Below, one piece after another: positions 9,057-17,760 of a DNA stretch of 36,318 nucleotides. The DNA is taken from positions 1 through 36,318 of the forward strand of contig JAJHRB010000007.1 in the NCBI GenBank assembly GCA_020833025.1. Direction: 5' to 3'. The DNA is from Thermoproteaceae archaeon. Its GTDB lineage: Archaea > Thermoproteota > Thermoprotei > Thermoproteales > Thermoproteaceae. Within the stretch, counting starts at the first letter, position 1, and the number at the start of each line of letters is the position of its first letter. Made by a program: the position numbers and the translations under genes. The notes under the pieces were generated by a model, which was not told the origin of the DNA, did no database searches, and saw nothing but the letters and a program-made list of their open reading frames with translations.

Positions 9057-9538
9057 ACTCCCAGTCCTCCTCTCGAGCCGCTCCCAAGGGGCCGGTCTCC
9101 ACGGAGGGCGCAGAGAAGCCGGAGCGAGAGTGCGCGGCTGAGCGTATTCGGCCCCTCAGGGTATCGGCGCGGCGCGTCAGCGTGTCATTCAAGCGCGTTG
9201 CGGCCTCGCTGAGCTGCGGCGCCGCCCGGAAAAGCTCGGCCAATTAAGGCCGGCCGCGATGTAGCGCGCCCACCATATCTGCCACTATGCCGGCGCTTAC
9301 ACCGCCGGCCTGCGGGCAGGAAGCATGGCTGCGAGAAGGGATCCCGACATGCCGATTACCGCGTCGAGAGCGCCCACTAGCGCAGGTCGCGCCCAGAATC
9401 CTCCCCTCCTTTAGCCGCTCTCAGCTGGCGCGGTGTCTCCTGGCGGCCCCGCTGCAAACAGCCCTAACGCTAGCGTGGCTGGCGCCGGCAGCAACGCGAG
9501 TGCACGCTGTTTGCGAATATCCCGGCGTTGCGCGAAAT

Positions 9539-10435
9539 CTATGTGGCACACACCGTTTTCTTGCAGCTGCGCTTTGCTATAGATGCCGGCTTCTTGTCGT
9601 GCTGCTTATTTGCTCTGGTTTCCGCGTAGATCGATATTACGCCTCCTAAAATCACCAGAGCCCCACCGGCGGCGGTCCATTGCGATGGCGTCTGGCCCAG
9701 AAACAAGAAGGCAAACGTCGACGCATAAACTGGGTCCAGATAGCTGAGCGCGGACGCCAGCTGTACCGTGATTCTGCGCAACGCGTCGTACCACAGAAAC
9801 AGCGCCAACAAGGTGTTTAACACGGCGGCTGTAAACGCCGCGACTAAGGCGGAGGGGGTCGCCTCAAATCTGTATAGCGCCAGAAAAGGCGCCGTGAAAA
9901 ATGTTGCCACAGATGTCTGACATAGAACTAAATGGATAGGCGCCATGCGACTTGCGGAGAGCTTGCTGGTAACTATAAGCGCTGCATAAAACGCGGCGCT
10001 TAATGCGGCAAATAAGACGCCTAAGGGCGTAGTGTAGCTGGCGAACCCCATTAGCATGGTTACGCCGATAAACGAGACTAGTAAGGCCAGTAACTTTAGT
10101 GTCTGCATTTTCTCGCCGAGAAAGTGCATGTAAACGCTAGCTATTATGGGGCCTGCATAGTAGATCATAACAGCAGTGGACACCGGCATAAGAGTAGTGG
10201 CGTGGAATAGGAAGATCCAGTTAAGCGCGAGGAAAACGCCAGACAAAATCGCAGTCAGGCTGTCACACGCGAAGCCGCGCAGAGCCACAGCTAGCAAGAC
10301 GGCGGTAATAGCCACCCTGAAGAAGACAAACACAGGCGAAGGAAGTCCAGAAAGCTCGAATATAATGGGTACACTACCCCAAATAGCCGTCACCGCCAGC
10401 ATTTCTAATATGCCGACCGCGACTTGACCCCGCAT
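9539..10435 (-). CDS. EamA/DMT-family permease
   Basis: About 10 TM segments, AIWGS...FFRV and ASALSYLDPV repeats of the DMT fold; starts 2 nt after upstream stop. Confidence 0.9.
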   Translation of the reverse strand: MRGQVAVGILEMLAVTAIWGSVPIIFELSGLPSPVFVFFRVAITAVLLAVALRGFACDSLTAILSGVFLALNWIFLFHATTLMPVSTAVMIYYAGPIIASVYMHFLGEKMQTLKLLALLVSFIGVTMLMGFASYTTPLGVLFAALSAAFYAALIVTSKLSASRMAPIHLVLCQTSVATFFTAPFLALYRFEATPSALVAAFTAAVLNTLLALFLWYDALRRITVQLASALSYLDPVYASTFAFLFLGQTPSQWTAAGGALVILGGVISIYAETRANKQHDKKPASIAKRSCKKTVCAT

Positions 10436-10436
10436 G

Positions 10437-11978
10437 TCACAACTTGCGGAAGACCAGCACGTAGGTGCCCGACCCTCTTCCTGTGGGATATACTCTATAC
10501 TGTGCCACCGGCTTCAAGCCGAGCGCAGACGCCGCGCCTACGAACTTCTCCACCGACGTCTTCCTCTCCTCTATGTATGCCACCCCCAGCAGAAGCGAGG
10601 TGAGCTCAAGCCTATAGAAGTGAAGAAAGGCCTTTTCTACGTCGTCTCCGCTCTCCCTAAGCTCTTTGGATATGCCGTGGTACGTCTTCGCCAAGATGTC
10701 CAGGGCCAATTTTATCTTTTCTGCCCTAGCGGCGTGGTATGCAGATAGGAGCTCCACGCGATATCTCTCTAGCGGGATGTCCAGGAGGTAGCGCAGATGA
10801 TGCATTATTATATTTCTCCGCCTTTCTCGCTCATTGTTATAGTCCGCTATAAACTCATCAGCCACAACGAGCAGGCCGCCGCTTCTCAGTCTCGACGAAA
10901 TCCATTCAAGGAAGTTCTCGATATGATGCGAAGCTCCGAACGAAACCACAGCAGAAGTGCCGGCGGGCACGTCGTCCAGCACTTGAACCGGGCTCAACTT
11001 CCTGAAAAACGGCGAAGATTCCACACAGGATATTTTCAAATCGGGCAAAAGCTCCGCCAGAATCCTTTCGTGATAGGCAGGGCCGCATGTCACGCTGATT
11101 ACCTCCGTAATTCTGCGCTTATAGAGCTCGTACGCGACATATACGGCCTGCTCGGCATAGCCAGGATGAAGAGGCTCGTAGATAAGATATTCGTACACAT
11201 CAAAATTCTGCTCGAACGGCGTAGTTCTCAAAACCTGTGGAAGGTTAGCACCCCTCGCGTGTACGACGGCTTTAGGTAGCGTCAACCTGCCAGCTAACGT
11301 GTTGTACTCGGCGGAAAGAATGTCAAAGAGGAGTAGATCCAGATACCTCTCCGGGGGCTGTTTCTTGTTTACCACCGAGATCGCATAGGCGAGGATCTCA
11401 TTGTCAACGTCTGGCTCAAGCAAGTCCCTAACCCCCTCTGTAACTACAGGCGTGGCGTCGAGGTACCATCTCTTGGCAGGTCTTCTCTGCGTGTGATAAA
11501 ACATAGCCACGACGGCAACAGCGCCGCCGCCCACCGCCATATAGAGATGGGGCTCCCCGCCGTAGAATTTGGCCGTCTCCCCCTCCCAGACGTACTTCGG
11601 CGCGTCGAGAGGCCCCACTATCATAGCCCCCTCAATTACGTGAACTACCTCAAGCGGCGAGTTTTCATGCGGCTCCGCGTAGCGTGTAGCCCCGGCTCCC
11701 AGCCTCATGAGATACACCTCCTTGCTGTTCCTTCGTTCTATTAAACGAACTTCGACGCCGTTTTCGGCGACGGATAGACTATGTTCCACAAGCTCGCCAA
11801 ACGTAACGCCTAAGGCGTTGGCGATTTTCCACAGGGTAGAGATGGTGGGGCTTACCCTCCCTTGCTCAATGGCCCACAACGCCGATTTGGAGATTCCTAC
11901 CAATTTTGCTAGTTGCGACAAGGTAAGACCCCGCTTCTCTCTGAGCTCCATAATCCTTTTCCCAACGGCGACTTCCAC
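10437..11978 (-). CDS. XRE helix-turn-helix + cupin + class I methyltransferase-like fusion protein
   Basis: N-terminal LREKRGLTLSQLAKLVGISKSALWAIEQGRVSPTISTL; cupin HENSPLEVVHVIEG...PHLY; C-terminal VTCGPA..., CVESS, SFGASHH, LRSGGLLVVADEF. Confidence 0.75.
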   Translation of the reverse strand: MEVAVGKRIMELREKRGLTLSQLAKLVGISKSALWAIEQGRVSPTISTLWKIANALGVTFGELVEHSLSVAENGVEVRLIERRNSKEVYLMRLGAGATRYAEPHENSPLEVVHVIEGAMIVGPLDAPKYVWEGETAKFYGGEPHLYMAVGGGAVAVVAMFYHTQRRPAKRWYLDATPVVTEGVRDLLEPDVDNEILAYAISVVNKKQPPERYLDLLLFDILSAEYNTLAGRLTLPKAVVHARGANLPQVLRTTPFEQNFDVYEYLIYEPLHPGYAEQAVYVAYELYKRRITEVISVTCGPAYHERILAELLPDLKISCVESSPFFRKLSPVQVLDDVPAGTSAVVSFGASHHIENFLEWISSRLRSGGLLVVADEFIADYNNERERRRNIIMHHLRYLLDIPLERYRVELLSAYHAARAEKIKLALDILAKTYHGISKELRESGDDVEKAFLHFYRLELTSLLLGVAYIEERKTSVEKFVGAASALGLKPVAQYRVYPTGRGSGTYVLVFRKL

Positions 11979-12615
11979 GCCAGTTCTATATTTAGAACTT
12001 AAAATTGTTCAGCCCGTCTATCGCCGACCACCGCTCGCCCACCAACGCTCTCATCGCCGAGTGCTCTGACCGCAGAGGCTATGCATCATGATACTCATGT
12101 TGCTATTCTCCAGCAGTGGCGGCAATTTCGGCCTGAACCATGCGCCGCTGTAACAAAAGAAAGTAAGGGTAGCCCAGATCCCGGGGTCTACGCTGAGCGC
12201 TTGCGCAGTCACGTAGTCAGCCTAGGCGCAGTTTTCGCCGGTCACAATAGTGCCGCCTGCCATGCAGTAAGCGTTTCTCGCCACTTAGTGCTTATACAAG
12301 GTCCTGAAGCTTTCATACATGTTCTGTGTCTCTTTCGGCCCCAGGATCTGTAGCGTCCCTCCCGAAGACTCTGCGCCTTTCCTCGGTCGTTGACACTTCT
12401 TCACAACGCAATTGAGGCCGCCGGCGGCCCCGAGGCGGCCAAAATTAGGCCGTACGCTGCAGCTGACCTCCTAAGGCCGGCCAGGAGGGACGATGAAGTA
12501 AGAGAGGCGATAGCGATGTACCTCGCCGAGATGGCGAGAAGCAGAGCGCCGAGACGGAGAGTTCGCTGAATGTTTAAGTTAGAATGCCGGCCGGGCATGA
12601 CGGGAATAAAGGAGT

Positions 12616-12732
12616 TGGTGGACCGGCCGGGATTCGAACCCGGGATCGCCCGCGCTCTCGGGCGTATTGTGGCACGCCGCGCCAAGCGGGCATCCTTCCG
12701 CTAGACTCGGCGGTCTCGATCTCTACCGGCCC
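12616..12732 (-). tRNA. tRNA-Ala(GGC) with two introns (17 nt at 10/11, 12706-12722; 25 nt at 37/38, 12655-12679); CCA encoded
   Basis: Removing both introns gives 75-nt GGGCCGGTAGTCTAGCGGAAGGATGCCCGCTTGGCGCGCGGGCGATCCCGGGTTCGAATCCCGGCCGGTCCACCA, a full cloverleaf with G3-U70; TTTAAA at 12764-12769. Confidence 0.93.
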
Positions 12733-13039
12733 TCGCGCCGGTCCTGTGCCCTGATTATCCGCGTTTAAAAAAGTTTTTCGCTTTATCGGCATCCGAGCCA
12801 GGAGATCCGCGCAGGCTTCTCTGCACTCTAGCCCAGGTCGGCCGCTAATAGCAGGAAAACCAGCCTAGTTGGCTAGCAGTATGCGTAAACGGTGCGAGGA
12901 GCTGCGGCGCTGCGTGTATCGAAACCGCCCTCAGGGGCTGCTGGACAGCCCACGGTCAAGGAGCTGGGACCGTGAGCTTGCCTGGGTCTCAGCGGCAGGT
13001 AGGTTAAAGTCAAGGCACTGGGCAGGCCCGCCGATATGC

Positions 13040-13489
13040 ATGCAGTGCCGCGTCAGGATATACGCAGATGCTGAGAGCGTGGCGAGGAAGGCGGTGGGAG
13101 CCGGGCCTCTCAGGGGCATGCATGCCGATAGCCGCCTGATTAATAGCATGCTGGTGATCCGCGTCCACGGCCTGGGCGTGCCGCTTCAGGTCTCTCTGCG
13201 TGAGGCAGGCAGGAGCTGGCGCGCTGACTGTGAGGTGCCGCCTAATGCCGTCGCCGAGCGTCGCGCCGGCCGTACTGCCGGGTGTGCGGGACTGGCGCTC
13301 TCCTGCCGGCGGGGCCAGCGCCACAGAGCCCCTGCCCGAGCCCGCACGAGCCCGCGCCCGTCTCGCCGCAGCGCGGCTCACGGGCGGGCGCCTCGCTGCA
13401 CCATGCAAGAACTTACTCGCGTCGCCACCACAGCCCTCCCCTCTCGCCCTCAGGTTATCGATGGCCCGCGGCGTGCCGGCTCAACATAG
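13040..13489 (+). CDS. Possible hypothetical or decaying ORF
   Basis: ATG 13040 downstream of GGTTAAAG; first ~70 aa look protein-like, remainder is R/A/P-rich and shadow-like. Confidence 0.2.
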   Translation: MQCRVRIYADAESVARKAVGAGPLRGMHADSRLINSMLVIRVHGLGVPLQVSLREAGRSWRADCEVPPNAVAERRAGRTAGCAGLALSCRRGQRHRAPARARTSPRPSRRSAAHGRAPRCTMQELTRVATTALPSRPQVIDGPRRAGST

Positions 13490-13559
13490 TCCATCCGCGC
13501 GGATTTGCACGCGGGGCGCCGGGTTTTGCGTGCCGGCGGAAGTTGAGGGCGTGCGGCTC

Positions 13560-13979
13560 TCAGCCCCAGAGCATGTACTCCTCCTTCAGTAACTCTTGCA
13601 GCACTGCTCTCTCGAAGCACAGGTCCCTCACGGATATCACGCCGACGAGCTCGCCATCTCTGTTGACAATTACCAGGTGCCTGATTTTGTGCTCGCGCAT
13701 TCTCTCCGCGGCGACCCAGATAGGGTCTGTGTCGAGGGCAGTGACCGGGGGCTTTCTCGCTACCTCGACGGCAGGCCTCTCGGGGTCTACATGCTCTGCT
13801 ACCGCCCTCACGACGTCTCTCTCCGAAATCACGGCAACGGGCCTCCTCGGGTCGCTCCTAGAGGTCAGAACCACTATCCCTACTCTGCTCCTGGCTAGTT
13901 CTCTTGCCACGTCCCTTATCGTTGCCGTCTCGGAGAGCGAGACTGGCGGCCTTCTTATCAAGTCCGCGCACCTGAGCAT
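13560..13979 (-). CDS. CBS-domain pair protein
   Basis: Two CBS repeats: VAVISERDVVRA and IRHLVIVNRDGELVGVISVRDL. Confidence 0.92.
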   Translation of the reverse strand: MLRCADLIRRPPVSLSETATIRDVARELARSRVGIVVLTSRSDPRRPVAVISERDVVRAVAEHVDPERPAVEVARKPPVTALDTDPIWVAAERMREHKIRHLVIVNRDGELVGVISVRDLCFERAVLQELLKEEYMLWG

Positions 13980-14029
13980 GGACAGCTCAGTAACCCGCCC
14001 AATTAAACAATATTATCGCAATTGTCGAA

Positions 14030-14758
14030 CTACACCGGCACGCGTAGCACTACGTCAACAGGAAAGCTAAGCCGGAGCGCCAGCCCCTCCCGCGCCATCA
14101 GCACCGAGGCCCCGACGACTCGCGCGCCTGCCGCTTGCGCCAAGTTCGCTAGGGCCTCGAGAGTCCTGCCCGTCCTGGCTATGTCGTCGACTACAAACGC
14201 GCGATCCCCACGCCCAATTTGCGTCGCGGGAATGTAGAGCGTGACGGGCCTCCCCTCCCTCAGCAGCGTGTACTCATAATTTGCAACTCCCGGCTCTCTG
14301 TACTGCTTGGCGACAACGAGTCTGGCGGAGAGCCGCGAGGCCGCGACGACGGCAAGCGGCACTCCGTCGACTGCCGCCGTGAGGACGACGTCTACTTCAA
14401 GCTCGGGGAACCTCCTGCTGAGGTATATGCCGTACAGCTCCCAGAGCTCGGGCAGGTTTGCAAATGACATGTCTACATAGGTCTCGTACGTCCTCACTAG
14501 CGTCTTGATAATGCTTGACAGCGGGTACGCTCTTTCGAGCGCTGCCAGCATCCTCCCGGCTGTGTCTGGAGACGGCAGCATGTCGCCCGTGACGTACCTG
14601 GAGAGAACGCTCTCTGGCAGGCTGAGCAGCACGGAAAGGTCTCTGTACGTCACATTCAGCAGCCGCTTCACCGACTTCAGGTAGTTAACTGCGTCGAGTC
14701 TTAGCCTTAGGCTCTCCATTCTTCTCGCGAAATTTCTCGTGACCTCTCTCGCAGACAC
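14030..14758 (-). CDS. HTH + purine phosphoribosyltransferase (PurR/Apt-like)
   Basis: N-terminal TYRDLSVLLSLPESVLSRYVTGDMLPS HTH; PRPP-binding VVDDIARTGRT. Confidence 0.85.
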   Translation of the reverse strand: MSAREVTRNFARRMESLRLRLDAVNYLKSVKRLLNVTYRDLSVLLSLPESVLSRYVTGDMLPSPDTAGRMLAALERAYPLSSIIKTLVRTYETYVDMSFANLPELWELYGIYLSRRFPELEVDVVLTAAVDGVPLAVVAASRLSARLVVAKQYREPGVANYEYTLLREGRPVTLYIPATQIGRGDRAFVVDDIARTGRTLEALANLAQAAGARVVGASVLMAREGLALRLSFPVDVVLRVPV

Positions 14759-14849
14759 TATCTAGTGTGCGCTATATTATTTAATATTAATATCGGGCAG
14801 GCCAGCCCTCTTGCGAGTTGTTTTAATAAGCGCGCGCGGAAGCCTCGCA

Positions 14850-15446
14850 ATGTTAGAGGGCACAGGCGAGCTGGCAATTGAAATGTTCCAGGACTCCATA
14901 ACCGTGTACTACAGGGGTAAGAAAATTCCTGTGCTCGCTCTCTACGCAACGCCAACGCTCCACTACATACAGTTCGTCGCGCCGTACGTTGCCAGGAGGC
15001 TGATAGAGAGCAAGATAGCTGAGTTCAGAATCTGGGACCGCAGAGCCGCGAGAGTGATAGAGCTCGCGTGCAGGGGGCTCTGCCGTTACAGCAGTGCCGG
15101 CGCCGACATAAGCGGCGTGCTCGAGGAGGCGTATTACAACAGCCTTGCCGACGCGATCCTGGCGCGCGCGGCAGCTGTGGACGCGCTGGTCGTGCCGTGC
15201 GCCGACGCGCCGTTCGCCAGGGCGCTCATCAAGCGCGCGAGCGAGAGCGCGCCCGATCTCAAGATAATAGCGTCGCAGTACGGCGGTCAGTGCGTCGGAG
15301 CAGACGTCGTTCACACGCCGCAGCTCGCCGACGTGCCGCTCCCCCTGGGCCCCATCTCCAGAGCCGCGCTGCACACCGCGATGTGGGCCGTCGGGTCGGG
15401 AGAGGCAGAGTGTCCCTTGACGCCGCTGCTCGACTGTTCGTGCTGA
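14850..15446 (+). CDS. Hypothetical protein
   Basis: ATG 14850 lies ~25 nt after TTTTAATA; typical codon and amino-acid usage. Confidence 0.65.
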   Translation: MLEGTGELAIEMFQDSITVYYRGKKIPVLALYATPTLHYIQFVAPYVARRLIESKIAEFRIWDRRAARVIELACRGLCRYSSAGADISGVLEEAYYNSLADAILARAAAVDALVVPCADAPFARALIKRASESAPDLKIIASQYGGQCVGADVVHTPQLADVPLPLGPISRAALHTAMWAVGSGEAECPLTPLLDCSC

Positions 15447-15454
15447 CGGCAATG

Positions 15455-15515
15455 CGGCTCAGCCCTCCAGGTGTGCGTCATCGTGTCGGGCGTCCCGACG
15501 GCCCTCATCACGGCA
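15455..15515 (-). ncRNA. C/D-box sRNA, targets unassigned
   Basis: Minus strand: box C GTGATGA 15511-15505, D' CCGA 15489-15486, C' CGATGA 15483-15478, D CTGA 15462-15459; two 15-nt guides. Confidence 0.8.
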
Positions 15516-15600
15516 AGCCACGGCGCCCCGCGCCCTCTGCGTGCCCCCGCGGCCCACTTCTTGCAGCAAGGTAAAAAAAAAGCTGGGAGCGCTGCGGCGC

Positions 15601-16425
15601 GTGAGGAGTGCGGGCACCCAGGGTCCGTGCAGGGTAGTTGCCGTGGTCTCGGGCGGTCCCGACAGCACGTGCTACGCCGTGTCGTGGCTCAAGCGCGGCT
15701 GCGACGTGCACGCACTGACGTTCGCGTACGGCCAGAAGGCAAGGGCGGAGGTCGAGAGGGCAGTGGCGCTAATGAGGAGGATAGGCAAGATCGCTGAGAG
15801 CAAGGGCTGGGGGCGCGTGGTCGAGCACAGAGTGGTGGACGTCTCGCGGCTCGGCGAGATGTGGCGGGGCACACAGCTCACGGACGCCTCCGTGCCCGTG
15901 AGGGCGGAGTACGCGCCGACAGTTGTGGTGCCGATTAGGAATGTGGTTATGGCTGCAATTGCCACGGCATATGCCTACACGCTAAAGGCTCTGACCGGCG
16001 CTAGGGTGTACGTCGCGCTGGGCTCTCAGTACGACGACGTAAGGCCGCGGGACGACACGTGGGAGCCGCGATACCCGGACTGCTCTCCCGAGTGCATCGA
16101 GGCGCTGCAGGCAGCCTTTAGGATCTGCCACTTCCGCGCCGAGCGCGACGTGGAGATATGGACTCCGTCCAGAGAGGGCGTCAGGAAGTCGCAACTGCTG
16201 AGGGCGTGTTACGAGGAGGTGGGAGAGCTAGTGTACGAGACGTGGTCGTGCTATAAGCACGGAGAGATCCACTGCGGCGGGTGCGAGAGCTGCAAGAATA
16301 GACACGCGGCCTTTCTTGAGGCGGGAATTCCCGACTGCACGGCATACGCCACGCCGCCAGGTCCTGGTTTTGAGCGGCGCGGCAGCGCGCACGTGCACGC
16401 GAGCTGCCGCAGGCCCTCATCCTGA
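15601..16425 (+). CDS. queC: 7-cyano-7-deazaguanine (preQ0) synthase
   Basis: VSGGPDS, YGQK, VVPIRN, RYPDC, TWSCY...HCGGCESC; start set at GTG 15601 after the A-rich TATA at ~15572. Confidence 0.9.
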   Translation: MRSAGTQGPCRVVAVVSGGPDSTCYAVSWLKRGCDVHALTFAYGQKARAEVERAVALMRRIGKIAESKGWGRVVEHRVVDVSRLGEMWRGTQLTDASVPVRAEYAPTVVVPIRNVVMAAIATAYAYTLKALTGARVYVALGSQYDDVRPRDDTWEPRYPDCSPECIEALQAAFRICHFRAERDVEIWTPSREGVRKSQLLRACYEEVGELVYETWSCYKHGEIHCGGCESCKNRHAAFLEAGIPDCTAYATPPGPGFERRGSAHVHASCRRPSS

Positions 16426-16461
16426 GATCGGCCCCGCGGCCGCGCGCCTGAAGCGGGGCGG

Positions 16462-17709
16462 CTACTCTGGCGGAGCTGACAGCAGGCTGAGCAGTCTCGT
16501 TAGCGTGTCTCTCGCGCTGCTTTCCAGCGTCTCCAGAACCATGTCTGTTATCTCGCGGAGGGCTGCGCGGGACAGCGACGCCACAGCCAGCGCGTCAATT
16601 GGCGTGTGCCCGCCGCGCGCGAGCGCGTCTATGTATCTCGCCGGCGCGCCGCCCTCCCTCAGTCTCTCAACATACTGGCTCTCCCCGCCCTCCCTCCTTG
16701 CAGTCGCGGCGCTGTGAGCGGCATTTAGAGTCTTGAGGTGCGGCGTTATGTCCGCCGCACGCCTGCCGGCGCTCACGTAAACGCGCGGGAGGGCCACGCC
16801 GCGGGAGCCGAGAAAGGACTGGACAGACGCGTAGTCGTAATAGAGGTTGTCTCCCATCTCTACCAGGAGGAATCCGAGGATCTCGCCGCGGGCCGCGTCT
16901 GCACGCAAATGAATTGTAATGGCGCTCTTGCTCACGCTCACGCACTCGGCGACTTTAAATGCTATGTTCGCAGCGTAGCCTGCATCGAATGAAAGCAAGC
17001 CCTCGACATCAACCCCGCTCACTCTTTCTCGAGTGATGTCAAGAGCATCCGCGAGTCTTAGCACGGCGCCCCAGAAGCTCACATCAATAACGCGGCCGGA
17101 GAGTTGTGCCGGGGGCAGGTCGAGTCTTGCAAATCCCCAGTGGAGCAGCGCCACGTCACTCACGACGCTCGCGAATGCCCTGGCGTCCTCCACGCAGCCG
17201 CTCACAAAGCTCGAGAGCTCCCTTCTCGTAATCTCGCGGCTCACCCACGGGTGTATCACTCTGAGGAATCTCGCAAAGTGCCGCATGTCTGAGGCGCCTA
17301 TGCTAGCGCTCGGCACCATGAGCCTGCCCCACTCTATGATGCTCTTGCCCTCGCCGTACTTCTCAAAGTAGCTGGCGAATTGCCTTAGCCTCGTCGAGAG
17401 GCCGGCGGCGCCCCCTGGGTCTAAGTACTCGCGCAGCGTCGCCGCGTTCAGTGACAGCGCATTGAGCTCTTGCGGCGTGACGAACATTCCCACGTCGTGG
17501 GCGTAAGCAGAGCACGCCAGGAGTGACCCGTGAAGGCCGCCGCACTGCTCGCCGCCCTCTCCCAGCGCGGCGCAGAGCTCCCTTCCCGCCCTCTCCACGC
17601 GGTCTGCGTGAGAGACGCCATGCAGGGTGAGGTGGGGGAGGCCGGAGTGCTTCTCGCGCCTCTCGGCGAATTCCCTGCACGCCTCAGTGGCGCCGCTCCA
17701 CACAGTCAC
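16462..17709 (-). CDS. HD-superfamily metal-dependent phosphohydrolase (HD-CE-like)
   Basis: LTLHGVSHADRV, AYAHDVGM, VALLHW, LRLADALDITRER. Confidence 0.75.
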   Translation of the reverse strand: MTVWSGATEACREFAERREKHSGLPHLTLHGVSHADRVERAGRELCAALGEGGEQCGGLHGSLLACSAYAHDVGMFVTPQELNALSLNAATLREYLDPGGAAGLSTRLRQFASYFEKYGEGKSIIEWGRLMVPSASIGASDMRHFARFLRVIHPWVSREITRRELSSFVSGCVEDARAFASVVSDVALLHWGFARLDLPPAQLSGRVIDVSFWGAVLRLADALDITRERVSGVDVEGLLSFDAGYAANIAFKVAECVSVSKSAITIHLRADAARGEILGFLLVEMGDNLYYDYASVQSFLGSRGVALPRVYVSAGRRAADITPHLKTLNAAHSAATARREGGESQYVERLREGGAPARYIDALARGGHTPIDALAVASLSRAALREITDMVLETLESSARDTLTRLLSLLSAPPE

Positions 17710-17760
17710 GCGAGGCTTGCAGCGCGCCCGGGAAAAAGTATTATTAACTGCCGCGGCGGC

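Noticed and set aside
12401-12685. ORF through tRNA-Ala (IPGSNPGRST) as an SSV-type split integrase fragment
   Set aside because: No tyrosine-recombinase motifs and no duplicated att copy seen in the window.
13309-13390. GCGGGG...TGCCCGAGCC...GGCTCAC-GGGCGGGCG resembling the predicted Leu 5' piece with trailer
   Set aside because: G7 is missing, the D-loop does not match, trailer complementarity is only 9 of 17 nt, and no TATA precedes it; consistent with GC-rich chance.
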